The position numbers and the translations under genes were made by a program. The notes under the pieces are model-generated. The model made no database searches. It saw nothing but the letters and a program-made list of their open reading frames with translations, and was not told the origin of the DNA. This document shows, piece by piece, positions 9,725-19,680 of a stretch of DNA of 64,000 nt. The stretch's first letter is position 1, and each line of letters begins with the position of its first letter. The stretch is taken from IMG/VR virus record IMGVR_UViG_3300037042_004723, positions 64,001-128,000 of that record; one strand, 5' to 3'. Origin of the DNA: a virus.

Positions 9725-10106
9725 GACCCTGATGGAAATCCTGGCAGGCGTGAAGTCGGAGCAGTCTGGCAGTCCTGGCAAGGTTCAGTCGGCCGCGCTG
9801 GTCTGTAACGGCCAGTACGGCGGGATGCTCGTTCAGGTCAAGCCTGGCTGTTGCCTTGAGACGGATTCCAGCGAAGGAGAAACGTTCATGCTTGGCGATT
9901 TCGGCTTGGACGATGCCCCGAATGGGCTGTCAGTCTGGGAGGGGTACGACCATTGGCAGCCCGGCGGCTATGAGTACCCGCAGGACGGCGAACTCTACTA
10001 CACCGGAAAATTCAGGCCGCTGACCGCCGGAGAAGTTGCGGTGCTGGCATCCGGTGGGTCGTTGTGGCCGATTCAAGAGGATCGCGGGGAGGAAGACGGT
10101 GGGTGA
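9711..10106 (+). CDS. hypothetical protein
   Basis: ORF track; operon packing. Confidence 0.6.
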   Translation: MPETKTLMEILAGVKSEQSGSPGKVQSAALVCNGQYGGMLVQVKPGCCLETDSSEGETFMLGDFGLDDAPNGLSVWEGYDHWQPGGYEYPQDGELYYTGKFRPLTAGEVAVLASGGSLWPIQEDRGEEDGG

Positions 10107-10290
10107 CGAGCCCGTCAAGCTGCCGACGCGCGAGGAGATGCTCGCCGCTGTGCTTCCAGTTGAATGGAGCAGCTTAGCGAGGGCAGGCGACCGCACGTTC
10201 GGTCCTGTCGTCTATCGGTTTGCTACCGAAGCAGACAGGGATAATTTTGGAAAGGCCGGGACCCGCGCCTTAGCATTTCGGAGCAAGTAA
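10099..10290 (+). CDS. hypothetical protein
   Basis: GTG start after GGAGGAAG, overlapping the previous stop. Confidence 0.45.
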   Translation: MGDEPVKLPTREEMLAAVLPVEWSSLARAGDRTFGPVVYRFATEADRDNFGKAGTRALAFRSK

Positions 10291-10314
10291 TGGCTGTTTA
10301 TTGATGCCGGTGCC

Positions 10315-10617
10315 TTGACGACGAAGAAGATCCGGAGCCAGGCATCCTGGGTTGGTCGCAGGTATTATCCTGGTCCGGAAGATCAGGAACGTGCGGCCGA
10401 GCTGAAGGCGCAGCGCTCCCTGCCGACGTCGTTTCCCGGCAGGCGTGCCGAGAAGGACAAGAACGAACAGTATTGGTGGTGGGTGACTCAGGAGCTTCCG
10501 AGCAAGCAGAGCGTGTCCAGTTCGTTCAAGGCCACGTCAGCCGAAGATGCTATCGAAGCATCTCGATATTCGCTACCTTACGTGCCTGCGGAGGATCTGG
10601 AGCCAAATGGGAAGTAG
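10315..10617 (+). CDS. hypothetical protein
   Basis: ORF track. Confidence 0.5.
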   Translation: MTTKKIRSQASWVGRRYYPGPEDQERAAELKAQRSLPTSFPGRRAEKDKNEQYWWWVTQELPSKQSVSSSFKATSAEDAIEASRYSLPYVPAEDLEPNGK

Positions 10618-10972
10618 AGATCACAGCATCGAGTGCGAGAAATGCGGTGCCTGCAAGGGCGGGATGAACGACCTCAAGTGTCTCTGCGAGACCGGCCAGT
10701 TCGAGCGGGAGGCTCCGCTTGCCTGGGTTGGGACGCCTGAGCAGGCCGACGCCGCACGAGCCCTGATCGATGCGCTGATTTATCCCAACCGGGACTTCGA
10801 GCACGCCTGGGAGCAGGCCAGCCTGCACTGGGGCAGGTTTGGCGAAGTTCCGGCCAGGATCGCCCTGCTGGAGGTTGCCCTAATAGAGGCATGCGAGATC
10901 GCGATAGCGTCAGGGCGCTGTGATAAAGACCGGATCGGGACCCTGCTTGCCATGGCCGTCGCCAAATGTTGA
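10607..10972 (+). CDS. hypothetical protein with Cys cluster
   Basis: ATG 10607; CEKCGACKGG...CLC. Confidence 0.55.
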   Translation: MGSRDHSIECEKCGACKGGMNDLKCLCETGQFEREAPLAWVGTPEQADAARALIDALIYPNRDFEHAWEQASLHWGRFGEVPARIALLEVALIEACEIAIASGRCDKDRIGTLLAMAVAKC

Positions 10973-10980
10973 GTAAATAG

Positions 10981-11196
10981 ATGGAAGACCACAAGTGGGA
11001 AGATGCAGCCACGGAATGGCAGAAGAACTATCTTAGGATAAAGGCAGATCGAGATGCGCTTGAAGCAAAACTGCGGAATATCTGCGAAGCTGGTATGAAG
11101 GTTCAGCGAGGATGTGACTGCGAGTACGATTACCGCTGTGGTAACTGCTCGCATGTAGTGGCACTGCATAACGTTATACAGGAAATGATGAAATGA
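10981..11196 (+). CDS. small Cys-rich protein
   Basis: CDCEYDYRCGNC. Confidence 0.5.
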   Translation: MEDHKWEDAATEWQKNYLRIKADRDALEAKLRNICEAGMKVQRGCDCEYDYRCGNCSHVVALHNVIQEMMK

Positions 11197-12185
11197 CGCT
11201 AAAGCCTGGTGATAAGGGTCCGGAAGTTGAACAACTGCAGCTTCGTCTCAAGGCTGCCGGATATGACCCCGGAGAGATTGACGGCGACTACGGCAAGAAG
11301 ACTGAAGCCGCAGTGCTTGCCTTCCAGGTGGATCGTCCAGACATCGACGACGACGGCATGGCCGGGCCCCAGACCATGGGCTCGCTGAATGCTGCCATCC
11401 TGAAGATCAGCCTGGCTCCGCCCAGGCCGCCTGTCGAGAGCGATATCGTCCCATGCGATGATGCGACGTGGGCGCATTTTCAGTTCCTTGTTGATTCGAT
11501 TACGAACAAGCCGGTCAGGTATGGTCCAGGGCGCGGGCTCTGGATTGACGACAAGTTCGTCATCACCTACGGGGCCGGGAAGCTTGGAGGGACCACCAGG
11601 CAGTGGCCGAACGTCCTCGGAAAGACGTATCCGGCGTTCCACTGCACGTCATGGTGCAATTTCTTCATCAGCTGGCTGTGCCGTCGGAACCAGGACTATA
11701 CGCACGCCGGCAACATCCCGGCGATCTGGGATCTTCTCCTGAAGAGCCCCGACGTCCACCAGAACCCGGGCGCTGGCCCCTATCGTGGCTTCGGCGATGT
11801 TTGCTATCAGATTCCGCAGGACGGTTCGGCCGTCAAGCGCAGCGGAATTCCAAAGGTTATGGACGCGCGAGAGCTGTACGATCGTCGTTCGGACCTGCCG
11901 ACGTTCATGCTGTTCGGTCAGTCAACCAAGCGGAGCACCGGATGGAGCTGGTGGCACCACACGGGCGTGTACGTGGCTCGCGACGGAAAGCTGTTCCGGA
12001 TCGCCGCAGACGGCTCGAAGGGGTCGAACGGCTACTCGGGAAGCCCGATGAAGTACACGGAGATCACCGACAAGAACCTCGCCAATTATAGCAACGTGGT
12101 CTACCGCGTCTATGGCGTCAGGACGACCAACGGAACGTACGGCGATACCTCTCGGCCAATCGCCCGAGTAGAGTTCGAGCAGTAG
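11193..12185 (+). CDS. peptidoglycan-binding domain protein, putative endolysin/cell-wall hydrolase
   Basis: N-terminal PG-binding signature LKPGDKGPEVEQLQLRL...IDGDYGKKTEAAVLAFQ...DGMAGPQT; C-terminal FHCTSWC and WHHTGVY. Confidence 0.8.
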   Translation: MTLKPGDKGPEVEQLQLRLKAAGYDPGEIDGDYGKKTEAAVLAFQVDRPDIDDDGMAGPQTMGSLNAAILKISLAPPRPPVESDIVPCDDATWAHFQFLVDSITNKPVRYGPGRGLWIDDKFVITYGAGKLGGTTRQWPNVLGKTYPAFHCTSWCNFFISWLCRRNQDYTHAGNIPAIWDLLLKSPDVHQNPGAGPYRGFGDVCYQIPQDGSAVKRSGIPKVMDARELYDRRSDLPTFMLFGQSTKRSTGWSWWHHTGVYVARDGKLFRIAADGSKGSNGYSGSPMKYTEITDKNLANYSNVVYRVYGVRTTNGTYGDTSRPIARVEFEQ

Positions 12186-12188
12186 GCC

Positions 12189-12449
12189 GTGACTGCTGGC
12201 GAGCTAAAAGACGAATGCGAGCGAGCCCGTCAGCAGGGACTGAAGTTCGTTGTCATTCGGATCGAGCGTCATGGCGGCGCCCGTATTCAAATCGTCAAGG
12301 GACTGCTTGGCAGCGTCGTGGGATCCGATAAGCATGGGTCCTTCGTTGCGCTTGAAATCGCCAAGGCCGAAGCGAAGCTTGCTGGGATGGATCCGGCGAC
12401 GAATATCCCGAAGGTATTCGCTCACAGAGCCAAGGTTATTCTCCCATGA
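12189..12449 (+). CDS. hypothetical protein
   Basis: ORF track. Confidence 0.5.
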   Translation: MTAGELKDECERARQQGLKFVVIRIERHGGARIQIVKGLLGSVVGSDKHGSFVALEIAKAEAKLAGMDPATNIPKVFAHRAKVILP

Positions 12450-12690
12450 CAATTACATCATGCATCTCATGCAATCAGATGTATGCGCCAAGGCTGGGTC
12501 GCGGCAAGTCGCTCATGACAATCCGCCTGCGTCTGCCGGTCTCCGCAGGGCTTCAGGCGAACCACTAGCTGGCCAAGGCAACGCTTCTCGACAGGAAGCC
12601 GTGGTGGTATTGGAGGAGATACCGATGTTCTCCTGTCCAAACCGCGCGAGCGCTTGCGCGGGAGTCTGCGAAGGCTGCCCCAGGAAGAAG

Positions 12691-12993
12691 CTAGAACCGG
12701 CGCTCGGACTTGATGTGGTCGCTGAGTCGCTCCAGGGCGTCAATCTCATCAGGAGAGACGACCTTGCGTCGTGCGGGGAAGCAGATGTCGTCGATGACGG
12801 CGAGCGGTTCGTATCTGAGATCGAGCGGAGTTCTGTCAGGAACGTCCAGCGGGGCGATGTCGGCGGGTGTCTCGTCGAACCTGCGGACAGCGGGAGGAGT
12901 CCCCATGGTGCGGCCAGCGATAAGCACTACGAGTGCTGCGACCGCAACGATGACGATGACGAGAGCTAACATTTCTATCCTAGGACTATTCAT
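12691..12993 (-). CDS. predicted membrane-anchored protein
   Basis: hydrophobic N-terminus LALVIVIVAVAALVVLIAG. Confidence 0.55.
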   Translation of the reverse strand: MNSPRIEMLALVIVIVAVAALVVLIAGRTMGTPPAVRRFDETPADIAPLDVPDRTPLDLRYEPLAVIDDICFPARRKVVSPDEIDALERLSDHIKSERRF

Positions 12994-13198
12994 CGTGCTG
13001 TCGGCTGGCGATCAGCGGGAGCACGTGCATTGCGGGCACCCGGCAGATCGGGGTTGACGGGTCCCTTCCACAATAGCTGCAGAGGCCCTTCTCAGCAAGG
13101 TCAGACCTTTGGTTGATCTCCCTGATGATGTCTATTTTTGGGGGCCCGGATCCGTCGCTCATTGCGGCGGATCTACATCTAATGGCTGATAATTTCCA

Positions 13199-13666
13199 CT
13201 ACTTTTTGTCCAGCATAATCTCGTGAGCCATCTTTATCAAGCGGGCCCGGTCGGCATCTCGCTGTCTGCGAATCGCCTCCCTGGCGACCGGATTCCCCCA
13301 GAAGCGCAGGTCGTCTTCCATTTCCTCCCGCCTGCGACCATGGAATCCCAACGGATCGAAGTTGTCGGCGCCGAGTTGTGTACGGCTGCGTGCGGGTCCT
13401 CGATAGCGAGACTTCAGGAAGGAGTCATGGACGGACCTGAGCCCCTTGAACCGCTCCTCCTTGAGCTTGATCTCCTCTGCTGGGAGGTGCTGGTTGTGGT
13501 CAGGGTGATAGCTGGAGGCGATGGCGCGGAAGCCTTTGCGGCAGACCTCCTTGGCTTCCTCAAGCAACCTGGTGCCGTCCGTGTGATTGGAGGCAGCCCT
13601 GATGGTGGCGAATACCTCTTCGGTGACGCCCATCTCGGCAAGGCATTCGCGCACCTCGTCGGTCAT
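13199..13666 (-). CDS. J-domain (DnaJ-like) co-chaperone
   Basis: EAKEVCRKGFRAIASSYHPDHNQ...KEERFKGL; HPD motif. Confidence 0.7.
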   Translation of the reverse strand: MTDEVRECLAEMGVTEEVFATIRAASNHTDGTRLLEEAKEVCRKGFRAIASSYHPDHNQHLPAEEIKLKEERFKGLRSVHDSFLKSRYRGPARSRTQLGADNFDPLGFHGRRREEMEDDLRFWGNPVAREAIRRQRDADRARLIKMAHEIMLDKK

Positions 13667-13802
13667 GCCAGTGACCCTGCGCATCAGAATAATCCCTTAG
13701 GCCAATGGGAATTCTCTTTCTCGTGCATGACGGCTTTGATGAACCGTCGAGCCTGTTCGTTGGTTATCTTGAACTCAGCGGCTGCGGCGTAGATCGCCAA
13801 GG

Positions 13803-14174
13803 CTAGACAGTCGCCAGATGGATTGTTCCTGTTGGCATAACGGTCGCCACCCCCGAGTACGGCAGATGGCACTTGAATAGCGAGATCGCCGCATCGGGTT
13901 GGGCCGTCACCGCATTGGAGGCGTGCTCCAAGAAGTCGTTGCACAGCTCCGCGTCGTCTTCCAGGACGATGTGATGGGTCGCCTGCAGATCTCTTGCGTG
14001 CCAAGCGCGGGATGCAATAGGCCACGGGCCCGTTCGCCCCGCGACCGTCAAGGTTCCGTCCCGTTTGTCATCGGATACCACAGTGGCCTGTGGAATTTGT
14101 TCGAGGATGCACCGAAGGGAGTCGACTCTGTCTGAACGCCATGGGGCGTGCATAACAGAAACAGAGATCTTCAT
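13803..14174 (-). CDS. glycosyltransferase-like fragment (GT-A; possibly truncated)
   Basis: THHIVLEDDAELCNDF DxD-type motif; only 123 aa. Confidence 0.5.
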   Translation of the reverse strand: MKISVSVMHAPWRSDRVDSLRCILEQIPQATVVSDDKRDGTLTVAGRTGPWPIASRAWHARDLQATHHIVLEDDAELCNDFLEHASNAVTAQPDAAISLFKCHLPYSGVATVMPTGTIHLATV

Positions 14175-14175
14175 A

Positions 14176-17100
14176 TCATTGACCGATTACGTTTTGAACA
14201 ACAACATCTGTGATTGGTCCTGGTCCGGTGTAATCGGCGCCGAGGGTATCGATCGTGTCAGAAGTCCAGAAGACGATTCTCGTGAGAGTCGAGTCGTACG
14301 CGCGCATGCGATACTGCGCACCAGACACAGGGGGCGCCTGCACAATTTCCAGCGGTTCCTGCGTTTGGATGTCATCCAAGATCACCTGTGCCTGCGTAGC
14401 GCCGGGCAAGATGAATCCAGGCGCGTCCAGGCGCGTCGCAAAGAGATTTGTCATGGCAGGAACGGCCTGACTGAACGACTCATCGTTTCCTGAGTACGGT
14501 CCGTAATTGACGTCTACGCTAAAGGTTGGAACCGTTAACGAATTCCACGGCAGCACGATAGATCTCTTCGCTGCCTGATACCCCTGAACATCTCCCGCCT
14601 TTAACATGATCTTGTCACGGGACAGAAACCCGGCAGTCGAGACGGCAACCGGGGCGAATCCGAACGTGTTCGCCGGGAGCAAGCATAGGCTTGACTCCCC
14701 CTTCAGACCCCTGTCCTGAGTCATCCAGTACAACGGAAACAGTGGCACGCCGGTCGTCGGCATCAATGCGGGGTCGTTGCTGAGACCGCCGGGAACGTCA
14801 AATCCAAAGTTGGATTCGTCATAATTCGATGGAAATACATTTAGAGCTATTTGGCCGGGAAGTCCCTGCCTGAGGTTCGCACGAGCCGAGCCGCTCCACA
14901 TGCTTGACAGCCCACTATCGGAATCCTGAGCAATGCCGAGATTCTTACTGAAGAAGTAGACATACGGATCTGCGTCATCGACCGACGCATTTTTAATCGG
15001 GTCAAACATCATGAACCCGGATCCATACCCATCAAACTTCCCAGAGATGGACATGTACGAGTTGCTGAGATGGACGATGCGAGTTCCGCACCATGCTGCC
15101 GATCCGCTCACTACGGAAGATGAAATCTGGCTTGGTCCATATCCTGGACCGAAATGCTGCGGCTCCTCGGTCCAGCTCGACCCGTCCCATAGCCATGTCT
15201 TGCCGTCGTTGACTGGCGACTGGTTTTGGGCGTTGCCACCGATCAGGACGATTCGCTGACGAACCGGATCCCACACCAAGTCGGCCTGCTGGCGCGGGTC
15301 TGGGGAGGTTCCTGGGGTTACATTCGTCCAAGTGGTGCCGTCATAGGTCCACGTCTCGTTTGATACCGTTCCAGCGACTCGACCGCCGAAGATCACACAG
15401 ACGTTGTTCACCTCGTCGTAGGCCATCGCAGGGTACAGCCGAGCAGATGGCGAGGTGGTTGGAGCCTTCAGGACCCAGGTGACACCTCCATCGCTGGTTT
15501 CGTGGGTCATGTTCGTTGCGGTAAGCGAGAACGCACCGCCGCTATTCCCGCCGAACATGACCACCTGCCCACGCGAGATGTCATAGGCCATGCCCATGTC
15601 CTTGCGCGGCCCAAAACCCGTAAAATTTGTTTGAGTCCAGGTGACGTTGTTGTATGTCCACGTATCAGAAAGTCGACTATCGGCGGTGGTTTGCCCGCCA
15701 GCCATAACGACAACATTCAACGTGGAGTCGAACGCCATGCCATGGTTGTAGCGAAACCCAGGCGTCAGCGCGGGATATCTCAGCTGCCATTCGTAGTCGG
15801 TGTAGACCCACGTGTAATTCGAAGCGATCGTCGGAGATACGCCTGCTTGTCCTGCGTACAGAAGAAGATCGTTATGCGTCGAGCGGTAGACTGCGCGCTG
15901 GCCTCCCCAAAGCCGTGGCCACTGTGTTTTGGTTGTCCAGACTGCGCCGTCCCATAGCCAAGTCCAATTGCTGCCGTAGGCTGAGCTATTGGGTTCGTTT
16001 AGTTCGTCGCCGTCGCTGCCCCACATGACGATCTCGCTGCGAATCGTGTCGTAGGTGAGAGCGCCCATCTGACGTTGACCTGGTCGCTGGCCTGACAGGG
16101 CAACTTGAAGCCATGTAGTCCCGTCCCATAGCCAGGTTTCGCGACTTGGCGATCCGGCATAGCCTCCAAACAAAACGACGCGCGCATTGACGGCGTCCAG
16201 TGCCATGTGGTTGTGGATCTGATCTCTGGCCGTTGGCGATGTTCCTGGCGACAGCATCGCCCAAGTGTTTCCAACGGTATCGAATTGCCACGTCTGGTTA
16301 TTGGGGGCGCCGGCATCCTGACCGCCAAAGATCAGAACTTGACCGTTGACTGGATCGATCGAAATACCAAACGAATCCCTTGGCCCAGGCGCTCCACTCA
16401 CTCCGTCATGGAGGAGAACCCAGTCAGTGCCATCCCACGTCCACGTGTCGTTAAGCGTTGATGCCGTTGATCCAGTAGTGCGACCGCCGAACATGACGAC
16501 TGCGCCAAGTGTCGGCGAGTACACCATGCCGTGGTTCGCGCGCTGCGACGGGATCGTGGCGGGGAACAGCTGAGTCCACTTGCTGCCGTCAAACGACCAT
16601 GTCTCGTCGCTGGTCTCTGCCGGATCGTCGATAAAGCCACCGAACAGAATAGTTCGCTGAAGCGTCTCGTCGTACGCCATCGAGAGGCCGCCGCGCTTGG
16701 ACGGGAATTTAGTGGTCGTAACCGCCCGCCAGGCATCGCCGTCCCATGTCCAGGTCTCGTCGGCTCCCTCGTATCCGCCAACACCGGCCGGGGTGCCACC
16801 GAACAGGACGACAACCTCGTTGTTGACGTCGAACGTCATTGCGTGTCCGGCTCTATTGGCCGGCGTGTGATCGTACCACATCGGTCCAGGATTCGGCCCC
16901 ACCAGCCAGTCCTGGAGATTGTACCCATGTCCACCGGCCCACCACCCATGCGGAGCGGCATCGTCGGCTACGATGTTGAATGTTTGCTGCCCATCCGGAT
17001 AAAGCGGGATCGCCTCGAACGTGGGTCCAGCATCAGGTCCGAGGCCGACCAGAACGATTTCGTCGGTCGCTGATGGAACCTCGGTCGCTGATGGTGTGCC

Positions 17101-17406
17101 TCCAGTAAACCCCGCAGAGACTGATAGCTTGATATACCAGGTCGTCGTTGTGTCTATCTGAAAGCAGAACTGGCGCGTCCCGCCTGGTTGCTGGAGCACA
17201 AACCACGCGAGCGAGTTCTCCATGCCGCCTGCGCCGATGCCAGCAGACGTGATTGCGTCGTTGACGTTGCCTGGAGTCGTCGTGAACGTCGTGCCGTCGC
17301 TGGACGCCTGATGGATCCATCCAGCAGTCTTAAGCAGCTGTTTGAGTCTGAAGATCGCTTCAGCAAACGTAGCCGGGATAAAGTTGACATCATATTGCAT
17401 CGTCAT
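14176..17406 (-). CDS. large putative virion/receptor-binding protein with about 11-12 kelch-like repeats inserted in a conserved scaffold domain
   Basis: repeats of P..R..H.M.YD....VVLFGG.....DTW.WDG..W; N- and C-terminal parts homologous to the two upstream paralogs. Confidence 0.8.
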   Translation of the reverse strand: MTMQYDVNFIPATFAEAIFRLKQLLKTAGWIHQASSDGTTFTTTPGNVNDAITSAGIGAGGMENSLAWFVLQQPGGTRQFCFQIDTTTTWYIKLSVSAGFTGGTPSATEVPSATDEIVLVGLGPDAGPTFEAIPLYPDGQQTFNIVADDAAPHGWWAGGHGYNLQDWLVGPNPGPMWYDHTPANRAGHAMTFDVNNEVVVLFGGTPAGVGGYEGADETWTWDGDAWRAVTTTKFPSKRGGLSMAYDETLQRTILFGGFIDDPAETSDETWSFDGSKWTQLFPATIPSQRANHGMVYSPTLGAVVMFGGRTTGSTASTLNDTWTWDGTDWVLLHDGVSGAPGPRDSFGISIDPVNGQVLIFGGQDAGAPNNQTWQFDTVGNTWAMLSPGTSPTARDQIHNHMALDAVNARVVLFGGYAGSPSRETWLWDGTTWLQVALSGQRPGQRQMGALTYDTIRSEIVMWGSDGDELNEPNSSAYGSNWTWLWDGAVWTTKTQWPRLWGGQRAVYRSTHNDLLLYAGQAGVSPTIASNYTWVYTDYEWQLRYPALTPGFRYNHGMAFDSTLNVVVMAGGQTTADSRLSDTWTYNNVTWTQTNFTGFGPRKDMGMAYDISRGQVVMFGGNSGGAFSLTATNMTHETSDGGVTWVLKAPTTSPSARLYPAMAYDEVNNVCVIFGGRVAGTVSNETWTYDGTTWTNVTPGTSPDPRQQADLVWDPVRQRIVLIGGNAQNQSPVNDGKTWLWDGSSWTEEPQHFGPGYGPSQISSSVVSGSAAWCGTRIVHLSNSYMSISGKFDGYGSGFMMFDPIKNASVDDADPYVYFFSKNLGIAQDSDSGLSSMWSGSARANLRQGLPGQIALNVFPSNYDESNFGFDVPGGLSNDPALMPTTGVPLFPLYWMTQDRGLKGESSLCLLPANTFGFAPVAVSTAGFLSRDKIMLKAGDVQGYQAAKRSIVLPWNSLTVPTFSVDVNYGPYSGNDESFSQAVPAMTNLFATRLDAPGFILPGATQAQVILDDIQTQEPLEIVQAPPVSGAQYRMRAYDSTLTRIVFWTSDTIDTLGADYTGPGPITDVVVQNVIGQ

Positions 17407-17409
17407 GGT

Positions 17410-18474
17410 TCAGACCCTCGGCAGCGTTCCGTTCCATGGCAGCGACGCCCACCCGATGACGATCGCATCACGTGGCGTGCTTACCTGGAGAACTTGTCCA
17501 TAGGGGAGCTTTTGTGCGACCCAGTGCATCATCGTTGAGCGCCCCTTGTAGCCGGTCGCGAACCTGCCCGTCGCCGGACTTCTGGAGTAGTCTATGCTCC
17601 ATCCGGCATTAACCATATAGACCATTGGGAATCGATCTATTTTGTTGTTTGCAGGATTAAATGGACCGACGTCGGTTGCCCCGCTGAGCGGGGCGATGGC
17701 AAACCCTTGCCAGGCTTCGTTGGGTCCGCCCTTGTCGAACCATCCATGAGCGGATGCCTGATCATTCGGTGTGCTGCCAGAGAATTGGTAAAATTCCTCG
17801 CTCCACGGCTCGTGTGTGTTTCGAGAGAAATAAAATCCAAATGGGTCAGGATCGGCTGGATCTGTATCGACGAGTGGATCGAACACGGCTGCCATGCGCG
17901 GGCTTGTTCCGATCCCGACAATCGGGTAGCCAGCAAGCCAGAATCCGTACGGCGCCGCGTTGTCGGCTGCCATGTGACAGATCGATCCAACCTTATTGCT
18001 GCCATACGGATAGGAAAGCCATGGCTCGAACACTGGAGCTGCATCGGTCCCGCCGCCCATCAGGAACTGCTGATCGGTGGCGCTGCTAGTCTCGAATTCC
18101 GACGGGGTTCCACCCGTAAATCCAGCATTGAACGAATACTTTATGCGCCACCAGGACATGTTGTTCGCCTGGCCCTGGATCTGAAACTGAAGCTGGCGTG
18201 CAGATCCGGGGTGCTTGAGCACAAACCACGCAAGGTCATTGTTCATGCCGTTAGGGCCAGACAGCTCGTGCGTAATAACGTCATTGACGTTGCCTAGCGT
18301 TGTAGAGAACACGCCATCCCCATCGCCCGATGCTTGATGGATCCATCCTGCGGACTTAAGAAGTGCCTTGAGGCGAAATCCGACCCGGGCGCCCTGGAAC
18401 GACTTGTTCGGAGGCGGCGTGTTGCTGCTGTTGCCTTCGTCTTCCAGTAGAATATTGGTGTCAAAAACAAGCAT
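17410..18474 (-). CDS. putative virion protein, paralog of 14176-17406 and 18474-19397
   Basis: FRLKALLKSAGWIHQASGDG; SATDQQFL; LPWNGTLP; TGATG overlap at 18472-18476. Confidence 0.75.
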   Translation of the reverse strand: MLVFDTNILLEDEGNSSNTPPPNKSFQGARVGFRLKALLKSAGWIHQASGDGDGVFSTTLGNVNDVITHELSGPNGMNNDLAWFVLKHPGSARQLQFQIQGQANNMSWWRIKYSFNAGFTGGTPSEFETSSATDQQFLMGGGTDAAPVFEPWLSYPYGSNKVGSICHMAADNAAPYGFWLAGYPIVGIGTSPRMAAVFDPLVDTDPADPDPFGFYFSRNTHEPWSEEFYQFSGSTPNDQASAHGWFDKGGPNEAWQGFAIAPLSGATDVGPFNPANNKIDRFPMVYMVNAGWSIDYSRSPATGRFATGYKGRSTMMHWVAQKLPYGQVLQVSTPRDAIVIGWASLPWNGTLPRV

Positions 18475-19397
18475 CAGACATCCCTCTTTGGGAGAGACCC
18501 ATTCCATGGGGCGATGAGGCTTGAACCGATTGTTATAAGGTCGCCCGGCGTGGTCTTGGTCAGCACGGTCCCTGGGTTTCGATTATTGCTAGTGTAGCGA
18601 AGCATTGTCGATATCCCCTTGGAGCCCTGTCCTCGATTCGAAATAGCCCCGTAGACTACTGCAGCCAGATCGTCTTTCCCGTTGTATTGATTAGAACCAG
18701 ATCCCGCAGCGTAGGCGTACTGAGGTAATCCGGGCCACAATGCTTGGCCTGATATTTCACCATACGCAAGCATGTTTAAGCGTGCAAATCTCTCATCGGT
18801 AGTGTCGGTGCGAGTATACCCAAACGGAATAATTTCGCCGCCGCTGCAGAGAACATAGACGAACGGATCCGGGTCGAGCGCTGCGCCCACGGTTGGTGCG
18901 AGAGTATCCATCATGACGACGCAGCCTGTGTTAACAACGTCATCCGAATGAAGAGGCGAAGCCCAGAATCGGTATTGGTCAGTGTCTTCTGCTCCAATGT
19001 TATACCTGAGCGCGTTGCCGCTTAAGCCGCTGGACAGCGTTCCTTCATCCGTGGCGGACGGCGGAGTATTCGCATCGGGTGACCCGCCGGTGAATCCGGC
19101 GCGAGACACTCGGACAGTCCATATTGTTTCGGTAGCGTATGGCGGAATGTTGTCCCAAAACATCCACGCATGGCCTTCGGGGGATTGCACGACAAACCAC
19201 GCCGTGAAGTTGATGCCGCCCGGTACGTCTCGTGTTTCTACTGTGATCTGATCGCCGGTCGGGTTGTACGTAATCCCGTCCGACGACTGAGGGACGGTCC
19301 AGCCGGCCAACTTGAGCTGTTCCTTAAGGTGGAACAGCGCAGAGCTGACATCACCGGCGTTGCCTAGCCAGATATTGGTTTCAAAGATGAATGCCAT
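18474..19397 (-). CDS. putative virion protein, paralog
   Basis: FHLKEQLKLAGWTVPQSSDG; PPSATDEG; APWNGSLP. Confidence 0.75.
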   Translation of the reverse strand: MAFIFETNIWLGNAGDVSSALFHLKEQLKLAGWTVPQSSDGITYNPTGDQITVETRDVPGGINFTAWFVVQSPEGHAWMFWDNIPPYATETIWTVRVSRAGFTGGSPDANTPPSATDEGTLSSGLSGNALRYNIGAEDTDQYRFWASPLHSDDVVNTGCVVMMDTLAPTVGAALDPDPFVYVLCSGGEIIPFGYTRTDTTDERFARLNMLAYGEISGQALWPGLPQYAYAAGSGSNQYNGKDDLAAVVYGAISNRGQGSKGISTMLRYTSNNRNPGTVLTKTTPGDLITIGSSLIAPWNGSLPKRDV

Positions 19398-19680
19398 GGG
19401 CAGGGACTCCTGTCATACGCTGGCAGATCTCTAAAGACAATCCCCAGTCATTCTTAGATCTTCAGCAGTAACCAGTATCATAGTCGGCCATCGGCAACAA
19501 CGCTCCGGACCAGGCACGCCAGGGCGCCATGGACGGTGAGTCGAACTGCCTGTGGAAAACCTGTGAGTAGTTGAAATTCTTGACAATGGCGGAAGCTGGA
19601 GGTACTTCAACTTCGAATAAGCGGCAGTCTGGGTCTCCGCCAAGGGGGTGGAGCATGATCGACGGCCAAGGGAGACCGTG

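Noticed and set aside
15060-16890. DNA-level tandem repeat array or diversity-generating retroelement target in the kelch gene
   Set aside because: Repeats are evident only at protein level. No near-identical template/variable repeat pair or reverse transcriptase was seen.
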